The notes below the pieces were generated by a model, which ran no database searches, was not told the DNA's origin, and worked only from the letters and a program-made list of their open reading frames with translations. Below are positions 36,633-48,146 of a DNA stretch of 64,000 bases, one piece after another; position 1 is the first letter of the stretch; every line of letters starts with the position of its first letter. The stretch is from contig JAVJQW010000067.1 of NCBI GenBank assembly GCA_040218735.1, positions 160,001 to 224,000 of the forward strand, in the 5' to 3' direction. Both the position numbers and the translations under genes were made by a program. The stretch comes from Deltaproteobacteria bacterium (lineage in GTDB: Bacteria; Myxococcota; Kuafuiibacteriia; Kuafuiibacteriales; Kuafuiibacteriaceae).

Positions 36633-39024
36633 GGATCGGGTTCACCGTCGCCTTCGTCTCGGAGAGGATCGGCGGGCTCGAGCCGCCGCTCACCTCGACC
36701 ACGTAGTGGGAGTCGACGGTCGGTGTCGCCGTCACTGTTCCACTGAAGCGAATCGCCGGACGCATCGTGTCGCGGTCCGCCTCGGTGATCGGTCGGGTCA
36801 CGAGCGGCGCGCCGTTTTCGTAGACGGTGAGCGTCGCGACGTCCATCCAGTCGGGCGCCTCGACGTGGATGTCGATGCCGATCGGCCCCGAAGCCACGAC
36901 CGTCTCGCCCGCGCCGCTGCCCTGGACCTCGGCGACGACGAACGGGCCGTACGAAGCGACCGCGTGGCCCGCCTTCAGCTGCTCCCAGACGTTGGTCACG
37001 TCCCCGCGGACGTAGGTCCGACCGTACCCGACGCCGAAGTCACCGTGCACGTCGGAGGTCCCCACGGCGGTGACGCGTTTACCGGTCTCGAGCAGGACGA
37101 ACACGTCCTGGAGCACCTCGGCGTACTCGTCGACGCGTTTGCCGTTCAGCAGCTCCACCGCGTCCGGGTTCGGCCACGGGCGTTCGGTGGCGCCCGTCGC
37201 GTCGAGGCCGAGGTAACCGAAGACACCGCCGCTGGAGCGCGGGTGGTTGACCTGCACGATCGTCGCGCCGCCCATCCGAAGCTCCTGCGCGACCTCGGCC
37301 GGATCGCGCACGCGGTCGAAGCGCCCGTCGCCACTGTAGATGAACCAGCCCGGGTTCCAGTGGTCCTGCGGGACCGACGCCATCAACGGGTAGCCGTTCA
37401 TATGCCCGTAGAGCATCGACATCTCGATCCCCGGCACCGGCATCACGACCCCCTCCAACCCCAAGGCCGCGACGGTGGGGGCGTAGTCGGTGACCGCGTC
37501 GTGGTCGGTGGCGACGAGGACGTCGACGCCCTCCGCCGCCGCGCCGAGGACACGCTGCTCGCGCGAGACCTCGCTGTCGGAGCTGCGCGTCCCGTGCACG
37601 TGCATGTCCGCCGAGACCCAGCCGGAGGTGTCGACGGAGCGCTGCACGCGCGCTTCGACCTCCGCCGTCATCCCGCGCTCCACCGTGACGTCGGCGAAGA
37701 ACAGATCGTGTGTCGGCCCTCGTGATGCGATGACCGTGTAGTCGCCCACCGCGAGCGGGACGGTGACCTCGGCCGGCACGTAGTTTTGGTAGACCGCGCC
37801 GGAGGTCGCCCGCGCGCCGTGGCCACTCGCGATGCGAAGGCGAATGGGCGTGGGGCCTTCGTCGCCGCCGTCGAGCCCCAGCGAACGCGCGCTCACCTTC
37901 ACGGACCCGAGCGCCTGCACCGTGTGGGTGAGCGCGTGGGGGCCGGGGCCGTCCGGGATCGTCAGCTCGAAGTTGTCGACGATCCGCCCGGCGATCGACA
38001 GCTCCGCGTCGTAGGTGAACGGGCGCGCGGTGAACACGAGCGGGCCGCCGTCGCCGTTCACGCTCGTCACCGCGCGGTCGTTCGCCATCAGGAGCAGGCT
38101 CGGCTTCACGAGGGGTACGTCGGCCGTCAGCTCCAGCGAGACCTGCACCGGGTCGTTCCCGCCGAAGCCGCTCTCCTCCTGCGGCACCTCTTCGAGCGCG
38201 CTGCTGAGGTCGCCGCGGTCGCCGAGGCTGAGGAAGTAGCGCTCCTGGATCGTCGCGTTCGCGAGGAAGTCCACCGGGTCGGGCGCGATAGGCAGGATGC
38301 CGAGCTCGTCGAGGATGACGTTCACGGGCTCGCCGGCCGGGCGGTGGAGCGTGTAACTCGTCGTCGCGTCCGGCGAGAACGCGGCGAGGTACTGGTTCTC
38401 ACCGCCGACCCCGGAGCCGATCGCACGGTTCGGCGACACGAGGGTGTACGCGTCGCCCGGGAGCAGTACGACGCCGCACTGGATCTCACGCGCGCGGGTC
38501 TTTCGTTCATCCTTCACCTTCAGGTCGATCTCCAACGTCCGGCCCGTCGGGGGGAGAATCAGATCCACCGTCATCGTGATCTGCAGCGGGTCGCGCGGCA
38601 GCAGCGCGTCGAGGAACGGCAACCCCGCGTCCGCGCCGACCAGCCGCAGGATCCCCGGCGTGCCCCCCGCGCCGTCGCTGACGATCTCCGCGCGCTCGGG
38701 CGCGAAGCCGCGCAGGTCACACTGGATGAACAGCTCCTCGAGGAGATCGTTCTCACCCTCCGCGTGGGTGGAGATGTCGACGAGGCTCCCGCCGTAAAGG
38801 CCCCACCCCGTCGACGAGCCCGGCTCCTGCACGACGAAGCGCACCTCGCCGTTGTCGAGCACGTAGTCGCCCACGCGCCCGGTCGCCTCGACGCCCGTCA
38901 CGAGCTGCGAAGGTTCGGTGATGCGCTGGACGAGGTTCCCCGGCGCGACGTCGTCGCTGCACCCACCGCAACCGGAGAGCAGGCCGAGCGTAGCGGCGAG
39001 CGCCGTCGAGCGAAGACGGATCAT
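36589..39024 (-). CDS. CehA/McbA-family (PHP-like) metallohydrolase lipoprotein
   Basis: LLSGC lipobox; ADMHVH..SSDS, ATDHD, GHMN, VNHPR, GTSDVH. Confidence 0.8.
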   Translation of the reverse strand: MIRLRSTALAATLGLLSGCGGCSDDVAPGNLVQRITEPSQLVTGVEATGRVGDYVLDNGEVRFVVQEPGSSTGWGLYGGSLVDISTHAEGENDLLEELFIQCDLRGFAPERAEIVSDGAGGTPGILRLVGADAGLPFLDALLPRDPLQITMTVDLILPPTGRTLEIDLKVKDERKTRAREIQCGVVLLPGDAYTLVSPNRAIGSGVGGENQYLAAFSPDATTSYTLHRPAGEPVNVILDELGILPIAPDPVDFLANATIQERYFLSLGDRGDLSSALEEVPQEESGFGGNDPVQVSLELTADVPLVKPSLLLMANDRAVTSVNGDGGPLVFTARPFTYDAELSIAGRIVDNFELTIPDGPGPHALTHTVQALGSVKVSARSLGLDGGDEGPTPIRLRIASGHGARATSGAVYQNYVPAEVTVPLAVGDYTVIASRGPTHDLFFADVTVERGMTAEVEARVQRSVDTSGWVSADMHVHGTRSSDSEVSREQRVLGAAAEGVDVLVATDHDAVTDYAPTVAALGLEGVVMPVPGIEMSMLYGHMNGYPLMASVPQDHWNPGWFIYSGDGRFDRVRDPAEVAQELRMGGATIVQVNHPRSSGGVFGYLGLDATGATERPWPNPDAVELLNGKRVDEYAEVLQDVFVLLETGKRVTAVGTSDVHGDFGVGYGRTYVRGDVTNVWEQLKAGHAVASYGPFVVAEVQGSGAGETVVASGPIGIDIHVEAPDWMDVATLTVYENGAPLVTRPITEADRDTMRPAIRFSGTVTATPTVDSHYVVEVSGGSSPPILSETKATVNPILIDVEGDGWSYAGP

Positions 39025-39086
39025 CCGTGCAGGTTAGCAGCCTCGCGGTCCAGGCGACGTCGGACGAACGGCGCCCAGTCCGGCGC

Positions 39087-40388
<1,302 letters not shown>

Positions 40389-40415
40389 TCAGTCAAGGTG
40401 CGTCGAGGTTACGCG

Positions 40416-40450
40416 TCGATGCCTACAGATCGATGCCTACAGATCGATGC
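40416..40450. repeat. 2.5 copies of a 14-bp tandem repeat (tcgatgcctacaga)
   Basis: tcgatgcctacaga tcgatgcctacaga tcgatgc, spanning the stop of the small gene. Confidence 0.9.
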
Positions 40451-40646
40451 GTATGGTGTCGGGCGCGGCGCCGTCGTCGTCGTGTTCGTCGCGCGTGGGA
40501 TCGGTGGGCACCTCGACGTCCGTATCCGGACCGGCCGGCGGCCAACCGGGGATGTCGATCTGCAAGCGGGGCCGCTCGGCGTCCTCACGGATCCGCCGGG
40601 CCTCATCGCGTTTCTTGATCTCCTCGATGATGTACGCGTCGAGCAC
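40437..40646 (-). CDS. Small acidic hypothetical protein
   Basis: MLDAYIIEEIKKR…RPRLQIDIP. Fits the gap between glpX and eno on the same strand. Confidence 0.7.
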   Translation of the reverse strand: MLDAYIIEEIKKRDEARRIREDAERPRLQIDIPGWPPAGPDTDVEVPTDPTRDEHDDDGAAPDTIRIDL

Positions 40647-40715
40647 GGGTTACGGTTTTCATGTTCCGTGCGTCGGCCGGACAACGCAAGTTTGGGGATC
40701 CCCCTCAAGGCGACA

Positions 40716-41690
40716 TCACGGCAACAAGTCACCGTAATCCGGCTTCCTATCGAAGCGGTGCTCCGCTTCGATGAGCCGGACGGTCATCGTCTTGCTGCGC
40801 ATGACGACGGAGTGTGTGTGGGCACCGCCGCGACGAAAACGCACGCCGCGCAGGAAGTCTCCGTCGGTGATCCCGGTGGCGGCGAACAGGACGTCGCCGC
40901 TCGCGAGCTCCTCGAGCGTGAGGATCTTGTCGACGTCGTCGATCCCCATGCGCTTCGCGCGCTGGATCTCCTCGTTGTTGCGCGGCCGAAGTTGCGCGAG
41001 CATGTCGCCACCGACGCACCGTAACGCCGCCGCGGACACGACCCCCTCCGGGGCGCCACCGACGCCGATCAACATGTCGATCCCCGCGTCCTCGTTGCAG
41101 GTCGCGATCGCCGCGGAGACGTCGCCGTCGGTGATCAGCTTGATGCGCGCGCCGGCCTCCCGGACCTCGCGGATCAGCTGCTCGTGTCGGGGGCGGTCGA
41201 GGATCACCACCGTGAGGTCTTCGACGTAGACGCCCTTCGCGTCGGCGACCGACTGCAGGTTCCAGGTCGCCGACTCGTTCATGTCGATCGCGCCCTTCCC
41301 GCCCGGGCCGACCGCGATCTTGTACATGTACGTGTCGGGCGCGTGCAGGAAGCGGCCGTCGCGCGCCATGGCGATGACACTCATCGCGTTGGGCAAACCG
41401 AGCGCGCACAGGCGGGTGCCTTCGAGCGGGTCGAGCGCGACGTCCGTGTGCGGATCGTCTTTGCCCCAGCGGCCGACCTTCTCGCCGATGTAGAGCATCG
41501 GCGCTTCGTCCTTTTCACCTTCGCCGATGACGACGGTGCCGCGGATGTCGAGGCCCTTGAAGGCTCGACGCATCGCGGACACCGCGGCTTCGTCGGCGCG
41601 GTGGAGATCGCCCTTCCCCATCGCACGGGCGGCGGAGAGCGCAGCGGCTTCCGTGACGCGGACGGCATCGAGGGCGAGGTTTCGTTCCAT
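40716..41690 (-). CDS. glpX: Class II fructose-1,6-bisphosphatase
   Basis: VRVTEAAA, VVIGEGEKDEAPMLYIGE, DPLEGT, GGAPEGV, FAATGITDG. Confidence 0.97.
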   Translation of the reverse strand: MERNLALDAVRVTEAAALSAARAMGKGDLHRADEAAVSAMRRAFKGLDIRGTVVIGEGEKDEAPMLYIGEKVGRWGKDDPHTDVALDPLEGTRLCALGLPNAMSVIAMARDGRFLHAPDTYMYKIAVGPGGKGAIDMNESATWNLQSVADAKGVYVEDLTVVILDRPRHEQLIREVREAGARIKLITDGDVSAAIATCNEDAGIDMLIGVGGAPEGVVSAAALRCVGGDMLAQLRPRNNEEIQRAKRMGIDDVDKILTLEELASGDVLFAATGITDGDFLRGVRFRRGGAHTHSVVMRSKTMTVRLIEAEHRFDRKPDYGDLLP

Positions 41691-41691
41691 G

Positions 41692-42117
41692 CTACTGGCC
41701 TTGGACGTCATTTTCGTCGTCGGGCTCCAGCTTCGAGCGGAAGTCGTCCGGGATCCGAACGACGCGCCCGCTGGGCCCTACGCACGCATGCATCGTCTCC
41801 CCCGTGGCGATGAGCGTGTCGTCGCTTTCTCGGACCAGACGATACGTGATGCGCAGACTTCCGTAACGAACTTCTGCAATCTCGATCGTGAGAGCGAGGG
41901 GATCATCGTACTTCGACGGGGCGTGGTACTTCGCGGACGCCGACGCGACGGGCAACCCATACCCTCGGTCCTCGAACATCCTGTATTCGAAGCCTGCCGC
42001 GCGGAGGAACTCCGTGCGCCCCGCCTCGAAGAAGCGGAAGTAGTTCGCGTAGTAGACGACGCCCATCATGTCGGTGTCGCCGTAGATGGGGCGGAAGCGG
42101 TGAACGTGTCGGCGCAT
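41692..42117 (-). CDS. YbgC/FadM-family acyl-CoA thioesterase
   Basis: YGDTDMMGVVYYANYFRFFEAGRTEF hotdog-fold motif. Confidence 0.92.
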   Translation of the reverse strand: MRRHVHRFRPIYGDTDMMGVVYYANYFRFFEAGRTEFLRAAGFEYRMFEDRGYGLPVASASAKYHAPSKYDDPLALTIEIAEVRYGSLRITYRLVRESDDTLIATGETMHACVGPSGRVVRIPDDFRSKLEPDDENDVQGQ

Positions 42118-42130
42118 GGTGCGGACGGCG

Positions 42131-42610
42131 TCACGCGTACAAGCGCGCGGCGCAGTTGAGGCAGTTCGAGCGATCGGCCGGGTTCGAGATACCACACTCG
42201 CTGCAGCGCTGCGTGTCCGTATCGTCCACGACCTCGGCCTTCTTGGTCCGCGGCCTCAGGCGAAATCCGCACCCGTCGCACACGGCCGGCATGGGCCGGG
42301 GTTGCTGCGCGCGGCACCGCGGGCACGCCGTCAGCTGGCGCACCGCCGTCGGCGTCGGGGCCGACTCGGGCGCGAGCGCCGTCGACTCGAAGCCGGGGAG
42401 GCTCGGTCCGTCGTCCTCGCCCGGGACCTCGACGAGCGACCCCGGATCGAGCACCTCGACCAACGCGTCCGCGGGCAGCTCCATGGGCGGCGGCGCCTGC
42501 GCCGGGGCGGCGCCGGCCGAACCCCGCGTCCCGGTCACGATGCGAAAGCCACAGGCTCGGCACTGGCCGGCCTGAAAGGCGACTTGCTGACACGCGGGGC
42601 ACGGGACCAC
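42131..42610 (-). CDS. Triple zinc-ribbon protein
   Basis: Three CxxC…CxxC pairs (CPAC/CRAC, CPRC/CDGC, CSEC/CLNC). Confidence 0.7.
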   Translation of the reverse strand: MVPCPACQQVAFQAGQCRACGFRIVTGTRGSAGAAPAQAPPPMELPADALVEVLDPGSLVEVPGEDDGPSLPGFESTALAPESAPTPTAVRQLTACPRCRAQQPRPMPAVCDGCGFRLRPRTKKAEVVDDTDTQRCSECGISNPADRSNCLNCAARLYA

Positions 42611-42643
42611 GACGCAGATCCTAGCTCAAAACCCGGCGGACGA

Positions 42644-43129
42644 TCAGGGCCGCAGCATCGACACTTGGCTGACGCGGTAGCGCATCGCCTCGGTCCGCAC
42701 GAGCGTCAGCCGAACCTTGCGCCCTTCGCGACCGGCGAGCGGTAGCAAGTCCGTCTCGGGGAGCGCGACGTATTCGACGTAGTAGTGGTCCTCGCAGATC
42801 ACGTCGCTCTTGATGCGATCCGGCGGTACGTCCTGGACGCCGCGCGCCTTGAGGGCCTCGATCCGATCCGCGTCGACCGGCTGCCGGATCATGATCATGC
42901 CGTCCTGGACGGATACCAAGAACCCCTCCGCAAAACGCTCCGCCAGCGCGACCTGGACGGGATCACCGCGACGGACGGGGCGCTGCGCGCCGAGGCGCAC
43001 CGCATCGAACTTCGCCCGCACCGTCGGCGGCGCTTCGAAGCGCGGCCGGTAGTCGAGCTCCGGCTCGGCGGCGGCGTTGGACGCCAAGAGCAGCGCGAGC
43101 GCGCCGAGTCCCCACGTGACCTTGTTCAT
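42644..43129 (-). CDS. Secreted hypothetical protein coupled to pilY1
   Basis: Signal peptide MNKVTWGLGALALLLASNAAA. ATGA overlap with the pilY1 stop. Confidence 0.7.
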   Translation of the reverse strand: MNKVTWGLGALALLLASNAAAEPELDYRPRFEAPPTVRAKFDAVRLGAQRPVRRGDPVQVALAERFAEGFLVSVQDGMIMIRQPVDADRIEALKARGVQDVPPDRIKSDVICEDHYYVEYVALPETDLLPLAGREGRKVRLTLVRTEAMRYRVSQVSMLRP

Positions 43130-46100
43130 CGCTCCCTCCAGAAGAAGAGCCCGGGGCGCGATCGCTTCCGAGCGTTGAGGCCGGCCTTCTGCCGCTTGCC
43201 GAGGTCGGCGTGGCTGACGAGCACCGGGCTGTCCTTGGGCGTGAAGAAGAAGAGCCCGCCGCCGATCTCGGTCTGGCCGATCCAGACCTCGCGCTCGCCG
43301 ATCGCGCGGGAGCCGTCGCCGTCCTTGTCGTCGACGGCCCGGGCCGTGCAGCTGTCGATTGCGTAGACGCGGTCGACGCCCGACCCGCCGCCACACTCCA
43401 ACGCCTCGGTCGTGGGTTCGAAGGACTTGTAGTAGACGACCCGGTCGAACACGAGCGGGTCGCGGAGCATGCGCTCGTTGTCGGCGAGCCGGATCGTCCA
43501 GCCGTGTTTGTTGTGCAGCAACAGGTCGGCCGGGTTGACCGCCGGGATCGCGCTGACGTTCTCGAGGTCGTCCTCGGTGAGCCCCGACGGGAGCTTCGGC
43601 GTGTCGTAGAGGACGCCGATGAGATCGCGGCCGTCGGTGACCGCGGCGTCCTCGAGCAGGTCCTTGTCGGCCGGCCGCTGGACGTCGCCGGTGCCGAAGT
43701 ACAGCGCGACGGAGCGCTGCCCCTGGCAGGACGAGAGCGCGAGGTCGATGCGGCGCTGAATCTTGCGATGGTGTTTGTCGACGTCGGTCTTCCCGCCGTT
43801 GAGGTTGATCAAGCGCTTCGCCTTCCAGTTCTTGCCGAAGTCCTCCGTCCAGAACTTCCAGATCTGCGCGCACTCGTCGCCGACGTACAGCGTGTTGGCG
43901 TGTTGGTTCTCCGTGTAGACGCTGACCTCGGCGCTGATCGGGCAGATCATGTGCTGCAGATCCTCGAAGTCCTCCTGGTCGTAGCAGCGGCCTTCCGCCC
44001 GGCCTTCGCAGTCGTTCGTAAAGCGAAGCAGCATGCTGTCGTCGCGGGTGTTCTCGGCGAACGCCTTCGGCTTCGCGACGTGGTTCCAGACGTCGAGGTC
44101 GACGATGTACAGCGACGGGTGGCGGTCCACCCCCAACTCGATCTCCTCTTCGGGGAGAATCGGCGCGACGGGGACCGCGACGGGCGGCGGCACGATGATC
44201 GGCGCACCGGGGACCCACTCCGCCTTGTTGATCGCGTAGCCGCGGTTCTTGGTGTCGACGCCGTCGGTGATCAGGCGAAGGACGATCTCCTCGTCGTACA
44301 CCCACGGGGTCCATTTCTTCTTCAACGACGTACGCGTGTACGCGCCGATGAGGTTCCCCGCGCCGTCTTCGATCCGGAGCACGTCACCGTCGTTCAGATC
44401 GAACTTGTTGAAGTACAGCCGGATCGCGGCCGCGTGGTTCTTGCCGTCGTTGTACGTGAGGGGCGCCGTCGACACATCGAGCGGAGCGCCCGCCGCGTCG
44501 TAGCACGACTTGTTGTTCCCGTTGCAGTTCGAGTACCACATGCTGCTGCACCACTTGGAGTGGTGGAGGCCGTTGAAGTCGGCGAAGTGGCCCGAGCCGT
44601 TGCAGTTGACCTTCTTCTTGTCGTCGAGATCGATGACGACCGGCGGCGGCACTCCGCCGCCGACGGCGACGACCGCTTCCTCTTCGGAGAGGTCGAGCTC
44701 GGGGATGTGGCCGGACCCGAAGATGGCGACGCGCTTCGACTGACCGTCGATCGGTGCGAGCCCGAGCCACGGCGCCGCCCACTGGTCCTCGATGTCCTCG
44801 AACGACGTGTCGTCCTCGGGCTGCAGCGGGTACACGGGGTTGTTCGCCGCGGTGAGCTTGCCGCCGGGCAACGTGGAGATGGGCATCATGTACGCGACGC
44901 GGCCGCCGCGCCCCAGCGAGAACACCAACCGCGCGACCTCGGTGCTCTGAATGATCCCGTCGGCGTTGTCGTCCTCGTGGAACACACGCATCCCGCCGTC
45001 CACGTAGTAGCGGTGTGTGAAGGTCGGTGACGGCTGGGACATGATGTCGCGCAGGATGCTGTGCACCCGATCGCTCGGCTGCCAGATGTCCGCGGGGATC
45101 AACGCGGTGGTCTCGGCGCCGGTCGCGGTCTCGAAGAAGTGCACCATCCCGTCGTTCATCGCGGCAACGAGGTAGCAGTTCCCGGCGATCGGGACGCCGT
45201 CCGCGTCCTCACACGCGCCGTACTTCAGCAGCTGCGGCGCCGCGCCGACCGCGTCGCCGAGCGGCCACGTGTCGACCGCGACGGGATCGCCGTTCGAGCA
45301 GTTCGCGTCGTAGGTGTAGCCGTGCAGGTAGTTCATCAGTCGGTAGTAGTCGCAGCCGTTCGTCCAAGCGTCCGCGGAGGACCAGTTGTCGTAGTCGACC
45401 TTCGTGTAGTCGTTGTCGCCGTTGCGGTAGGTCAGGATGTTGCGACGCCCGTAGTACGGCTTCTCGGGCGGCTGCCCGGCGGACGCGCCGAGGGTATCGA
45501 ACAGCACCTCGCCGGCGCCGCCGCGGTCCGCGACGAGGGAGCGCGTCCCGGTCCACAGGTCCATCGCGTCGGGGTTCGTCTCGAGCTCACGCCCGTCGGA
45601 CGACGCGACGAAGAGGCAGGTGTCTACCCCCTTGTCGTAGCTCCCGTCCGCGAGGAGCGGGGGCGCGATGCAGTACTTCTTCACGGTGCCGCGCCACGGG
45701 CCGCCGGCCTGCGGTTTGAAGCTCGCCGCAAACGCGTAGTTCTCGGCGAACATGGAGCCCGTCTGGATCGCGATCGGCGCGAAGAACAACGCGCTCTTGG
45801 CGACGATGGCGCCGATGATGCTCTCGAAGGCGACCGAGAGCTGCTCCGCGTCGGACGCGTAGAAGTACTCACCACCGCCGTAGGTCGCGATGTTCTGGAG
45901 GTTCGACGGGCTGAACGTGCCGGGCGCGCCGAAACCAATCGTGTACGTGCGGATCGACTGGTCGCCAGGGACGTCGCAGAGGATGTCCTCGTGCTGGAAC
46001 AGGTAGTCGGATCCGAGCCACGGTTTGTTCGACGCGACGTAACGCGACTCCGGCGACGCCGAGCACTCGTAGTCGAACGTCGAGGCGCCGCCGTTCGGGT

Positions 46101-46602
46101 TGCCGTCCGACAGCATCACCAGGAAGTTCGGGCGGCACTCGAGCGTGTTCCCGCCGCTGAAGTAGTCCTGGAAGTACTTGGCGTGGTCGCGCAGGCCCCT
46201 CGTCATGTACGTCGCACCCGACGACGGGATGCCGAGGACGCCCAGCTCCAAGTCACCGAGGAGCGCGTCGAACGCGGTCGTCTTGATGACGGACGAACCA
46301 AACTCGAAGATCGAGAAGTTCACCCGGTCCGACCACAGGTCGAGGATGCCGTCGGAGTCGCTCTTGCAGCCGACCAGCACGGCTTTCATCATGTCCTTCT
46401 TGTTCATGCTGGTGTTCCCGCTGCGATACTTTGCGGCGTACCAGGTACACGACGTGTTCGTGTAACCGCCGCCCATCGAGCAGGACCGATCGAGCAAGAG
46501 CCCGACCTGCGGGACCACGTCACCCGCGCGAAGGTGGTCCATCGCGTCGGGGTACTGTGAGGCGAGCAAACTCGCGGTAACGAGGACGGTGACCGTGGAC
46601 AT
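43126..46602 (-). CDS. pilY1: PilY1/PilC-like type IV pilus tip adhesin (VWA, PilY1 propeller, CUB-like insert)
   Basis: VWA motifs LLLDRSCSM, LSDG, TYTIGF. PilY1 motifs WRGTVKKY, WPLGD, MNDGMVHFF, YYVDG, LGRGG, LYFGTGD, HGWTIRL. Last large gene of the minor pilin cluster. Confidence 0.88.
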   Translation of the reverse strand: MSTVTVLVTASLLASQYPDAMDHLRAGDVVPQVGLLLDRSCSMGGGYTNTSCTWYAAKYRSGNTSMNKKDMMKAVLVGCKSDSDGILDLWSDRVNFSIFEFGSSVIKTTAFDALLGDLELGVLGIPSSGATYMTRGLRDHAKYFQDYFSGGNTLECRPNFLVMLSDGNPNGGASTFDYECSASPESRYVASNKPWLGSDYLFQHEDILCDVPGDQSIRTYTIGFGAPGTFSPSNLQNIATYGGGEYFYASDAEQLSVAFESIIGAIVAKSALFFAPIAIQTGSMFAENYAFAASFKPQAGGPWRGTVKKYCIAPPLLADGSYDKGVDTCLFVASSDGRELETNPDAMDLWTGTRSLVADRGGAGEVLFDTLGASAGQPPEKPYYGRRNILTYRNGDNDYTKVDYDNWSSADAWTNGCDYYRLMNYLHGYTYDANCSNGDPVAVDTWPLGDAVGAAPQLLKYGACEDADGVPIAGNCYLVAAMNDGMVHFFETATGAETTALIPADIWQPSDRVHSILRDIMSQPSPTFTHRYYVDGGMRVFHEDDNADGIIQSTEVARLVFSLGRGGRVAYMMPISTLPGGKLTAANNPVYPLQPEDDTSFEDIEDQWAAPWLGLAPIDGQSKRVAIFGSGHIPELDLSEEEAVVAVGGGVPPPVVIDLDDKKKVNCNGSGHFADFNGLHHSKWCSSMWYSNCNGNNKSCYDAAGAPLDVSTAPLTYNDGKNHAAAIRLYFNKFDLNDGDVLRIEDGAGNLIGAYTRTSLKKKWTPWVYDEEIVLRLITDGVDTKNRGYAINKAEWVPGAPIIVPPPVAVPVAPILPEEEIELGVDRHPSLYIVDLDVWNHVAKPKAFAENTRDDSMLLRFTNDCEGRAEGRCYDQEDFEDLQHMICPISAEVSVYTENQHANTLYVGDECAQIWKFWTEDFGKNWKAKRLINLNGGKTDVDKHHRKIQRRIDLALSSCQGQRSVALYFGTGDVQRPADKDLLEDAAVTDGRDLIGVLYDTPKLPSGLTEDDLENVSAIPAVNPADLLLHNKHGWTIRLADNERMLRDPLVFDRVVYYKSFEPTTEALECGGGSGVDRVYAIDSCTARAVDDKDGDGSRAIGEREVWIGQTEIGGGLFFFTPKDSPVLVSHADLGKRQKAGLNARKRSRPGLFFWRER

Positions 46603-46608
46603 CTCTTC

Positions 46609-47106
46609 TTACCTTCCGTGCATCCGCGGCTGGATGACGCCGATCTTCGAGGACGCGATCTTGAAGACCTCCGCCTCGACACCGGCGCCCACGCGACCAT
46701 CGATCGTGGATTCGACCGTCACCTCGTAGATGACGGCGCGAACCGAGTTGTGGGAGCTCTCCAGCATCGGCGCGATGCGCACGAGCTGGATGTCGGCCTG
46801 GTACTGCAGCGAACCGTACGGGCTGTCCTCACGGCCGAAGTGGCTGTCCGAGGCGGCCTGGTAGGAGGACTTCATCTCGGTGTCCGTCGGCGACGGCATC
46901 AACGTGAGGACGTCGAGGTCGTTCATGAACTCCATGAGGCCGCCCTCGGCGGTGATGCGCGCTTCACGCGCGCGTCGCTCGTGCGCTTCGATGTCGCGAT
47001 CGGTCTCGATGACGTCCAAGAGGACGAGCGCAGACACCGTCGCGAGGGACATGAGGAGGACGATGGTGACGAGCGCGAAGCCGCGCTGTCCGTGATGGCG
47101 TTTCAT
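46609..47106 (-). CDS. pilX: PilX-like minor pilin
   Basis: QRG|FALVTIVLL prepilin site lacking Glu5 (a PilX/GspK trait); AEGG motif. Confidence 0.75.
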   Translation of the reverse strand: MKRHHGQRGFALVTIVLLMSLATVSALVLLDVIETDRDIEAHERRAREARITAEGGLMEFMNDLDVLTLMPSPTDTEMKSSYQAASDSHFGREDSPYGSLQYQADIQLVRIAPMLESSHNSVRAVIYEVTVESTIDGRVGAGVEAEVFKIASSKIGVIQPRMHGR

Positions 47107-48146
47107 CTCAGCTGCATCCTTCCTGCGTTGCGAATCTCGACGCTCGACCGGAGCACACGACGGTCGATGCCGTCGGCGTCCGTCCCGCACGGCGCGGGGA
47201 GGCACTGGTCGGCGAGCTGGAGCTTCACCGCCTCGGTCGAGCCGCGGTGCGCGTCGGAGCCGCGCACGACGAGCTCGATGTCGACGCGAATGCGGTCGCG
47301 ATCCGTGACGCCGCTCGCGGTGGTTCGGTTGGCCCAGGTCTCGTTGATCGAGTCCCACTGCCAGACCGCGACCTGCAGCGCTTCGACACCCTCGGCGACG
47401 ATGCCGCCGCACGACGCGTCTCGCGCGGAGCACGGTCGCGCGGCGTCGATCTCGGCGCGGCGGAGGGTCCCTTCGTTCGCGTCACCCGGCTCGACGAACC
47501 AGACCGTCTCCGTGAACTCCGCGATGATCTCGCCGTCCGCGAAGGATGCGTTCACCGCGTAAGGGTCGGAGGCGTAGGTCGAGTCGCTCTGCCACTGGAA
47601 CCGCTCGCAGCCGAGGACACACACGCCGCCGGTGCACGCCGAAGGCTCGATGCTGTCGATGCGGACGCTCCGCGAGTGCAGCCCCTCGCGCGTCATCATG
47701 ATCGCGAGGTCCCCGGCCGCGAGACCGGAGCCCGCGCAGACCTCGCCCGAGCTCGTGTCGTACTTGGCGATGGTCCGCACGCGGCCCGTGGCCTTGCGAA
47801 TGCCGAGGTCGTCCGTGACGACCTGACCGGACTCGAGCTTCAGGACGTAGTCGTCCGCGCGGAACTGCGCGCCGCCGCTGACGACGAAGTCACCGCGGGC
47901 GAGCCCACCGAACGCGCCGTCCGGTCCGTAGCCCACGCCGACGCCCGCCATGCGGAGGTCGTAGGCGAGGAGGTCCATCGTGAGCCGCGCCGCCTGCGCG
48001 CGATCGACGCGGTCGGTCGTCTTGCCCAGGATGCGTGCGTTCTGCGTCGACATCGAGACCGCGGCGGCGAGCAAGAAGCTCCCGGCGGCGGCGCTGACGA
48101 GCAGCTCGACGAGTGAAAAGCCGCGCTGTCGAGATCGCATGTTCAT
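47103..48146 (-). CDS. pilW: PilW-like minor pilin
   Basis: QRG|FSLVELLV, DLRMAG, VAEGVEALQV. Confidence 0.85.
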   Translation of the reverse strand: MNMRSRQRGFSLVELLVSAAAGSFLLAAAVSMSTQNARILGKTTDRVDRAQAARLTMDLLAYDLRMAGVGVGYGPDGAFGGLARGDFVVSGGAQFRADDYVLKLESGQVVTDDLGIRKATGRVRTIAKYDTSSGEVCAGSGLAAGDLAIMMTREGLHSRSVRIDSIEPSACTGGVCVLGCERFQWQSDSTYASDPYAVNASFADGEIIAEFTETVWFVEPGDANEGTLRRAEIDAARPCSARDASCGGIVAEGVEALQVAVWQWDSINETWANRTTASGVTDRDRIRVDIELVVRGSDAHRGSTEAVKLQLADQCLPAPCGTDADGIDRRVLRSSVEIRNAGRMQLR

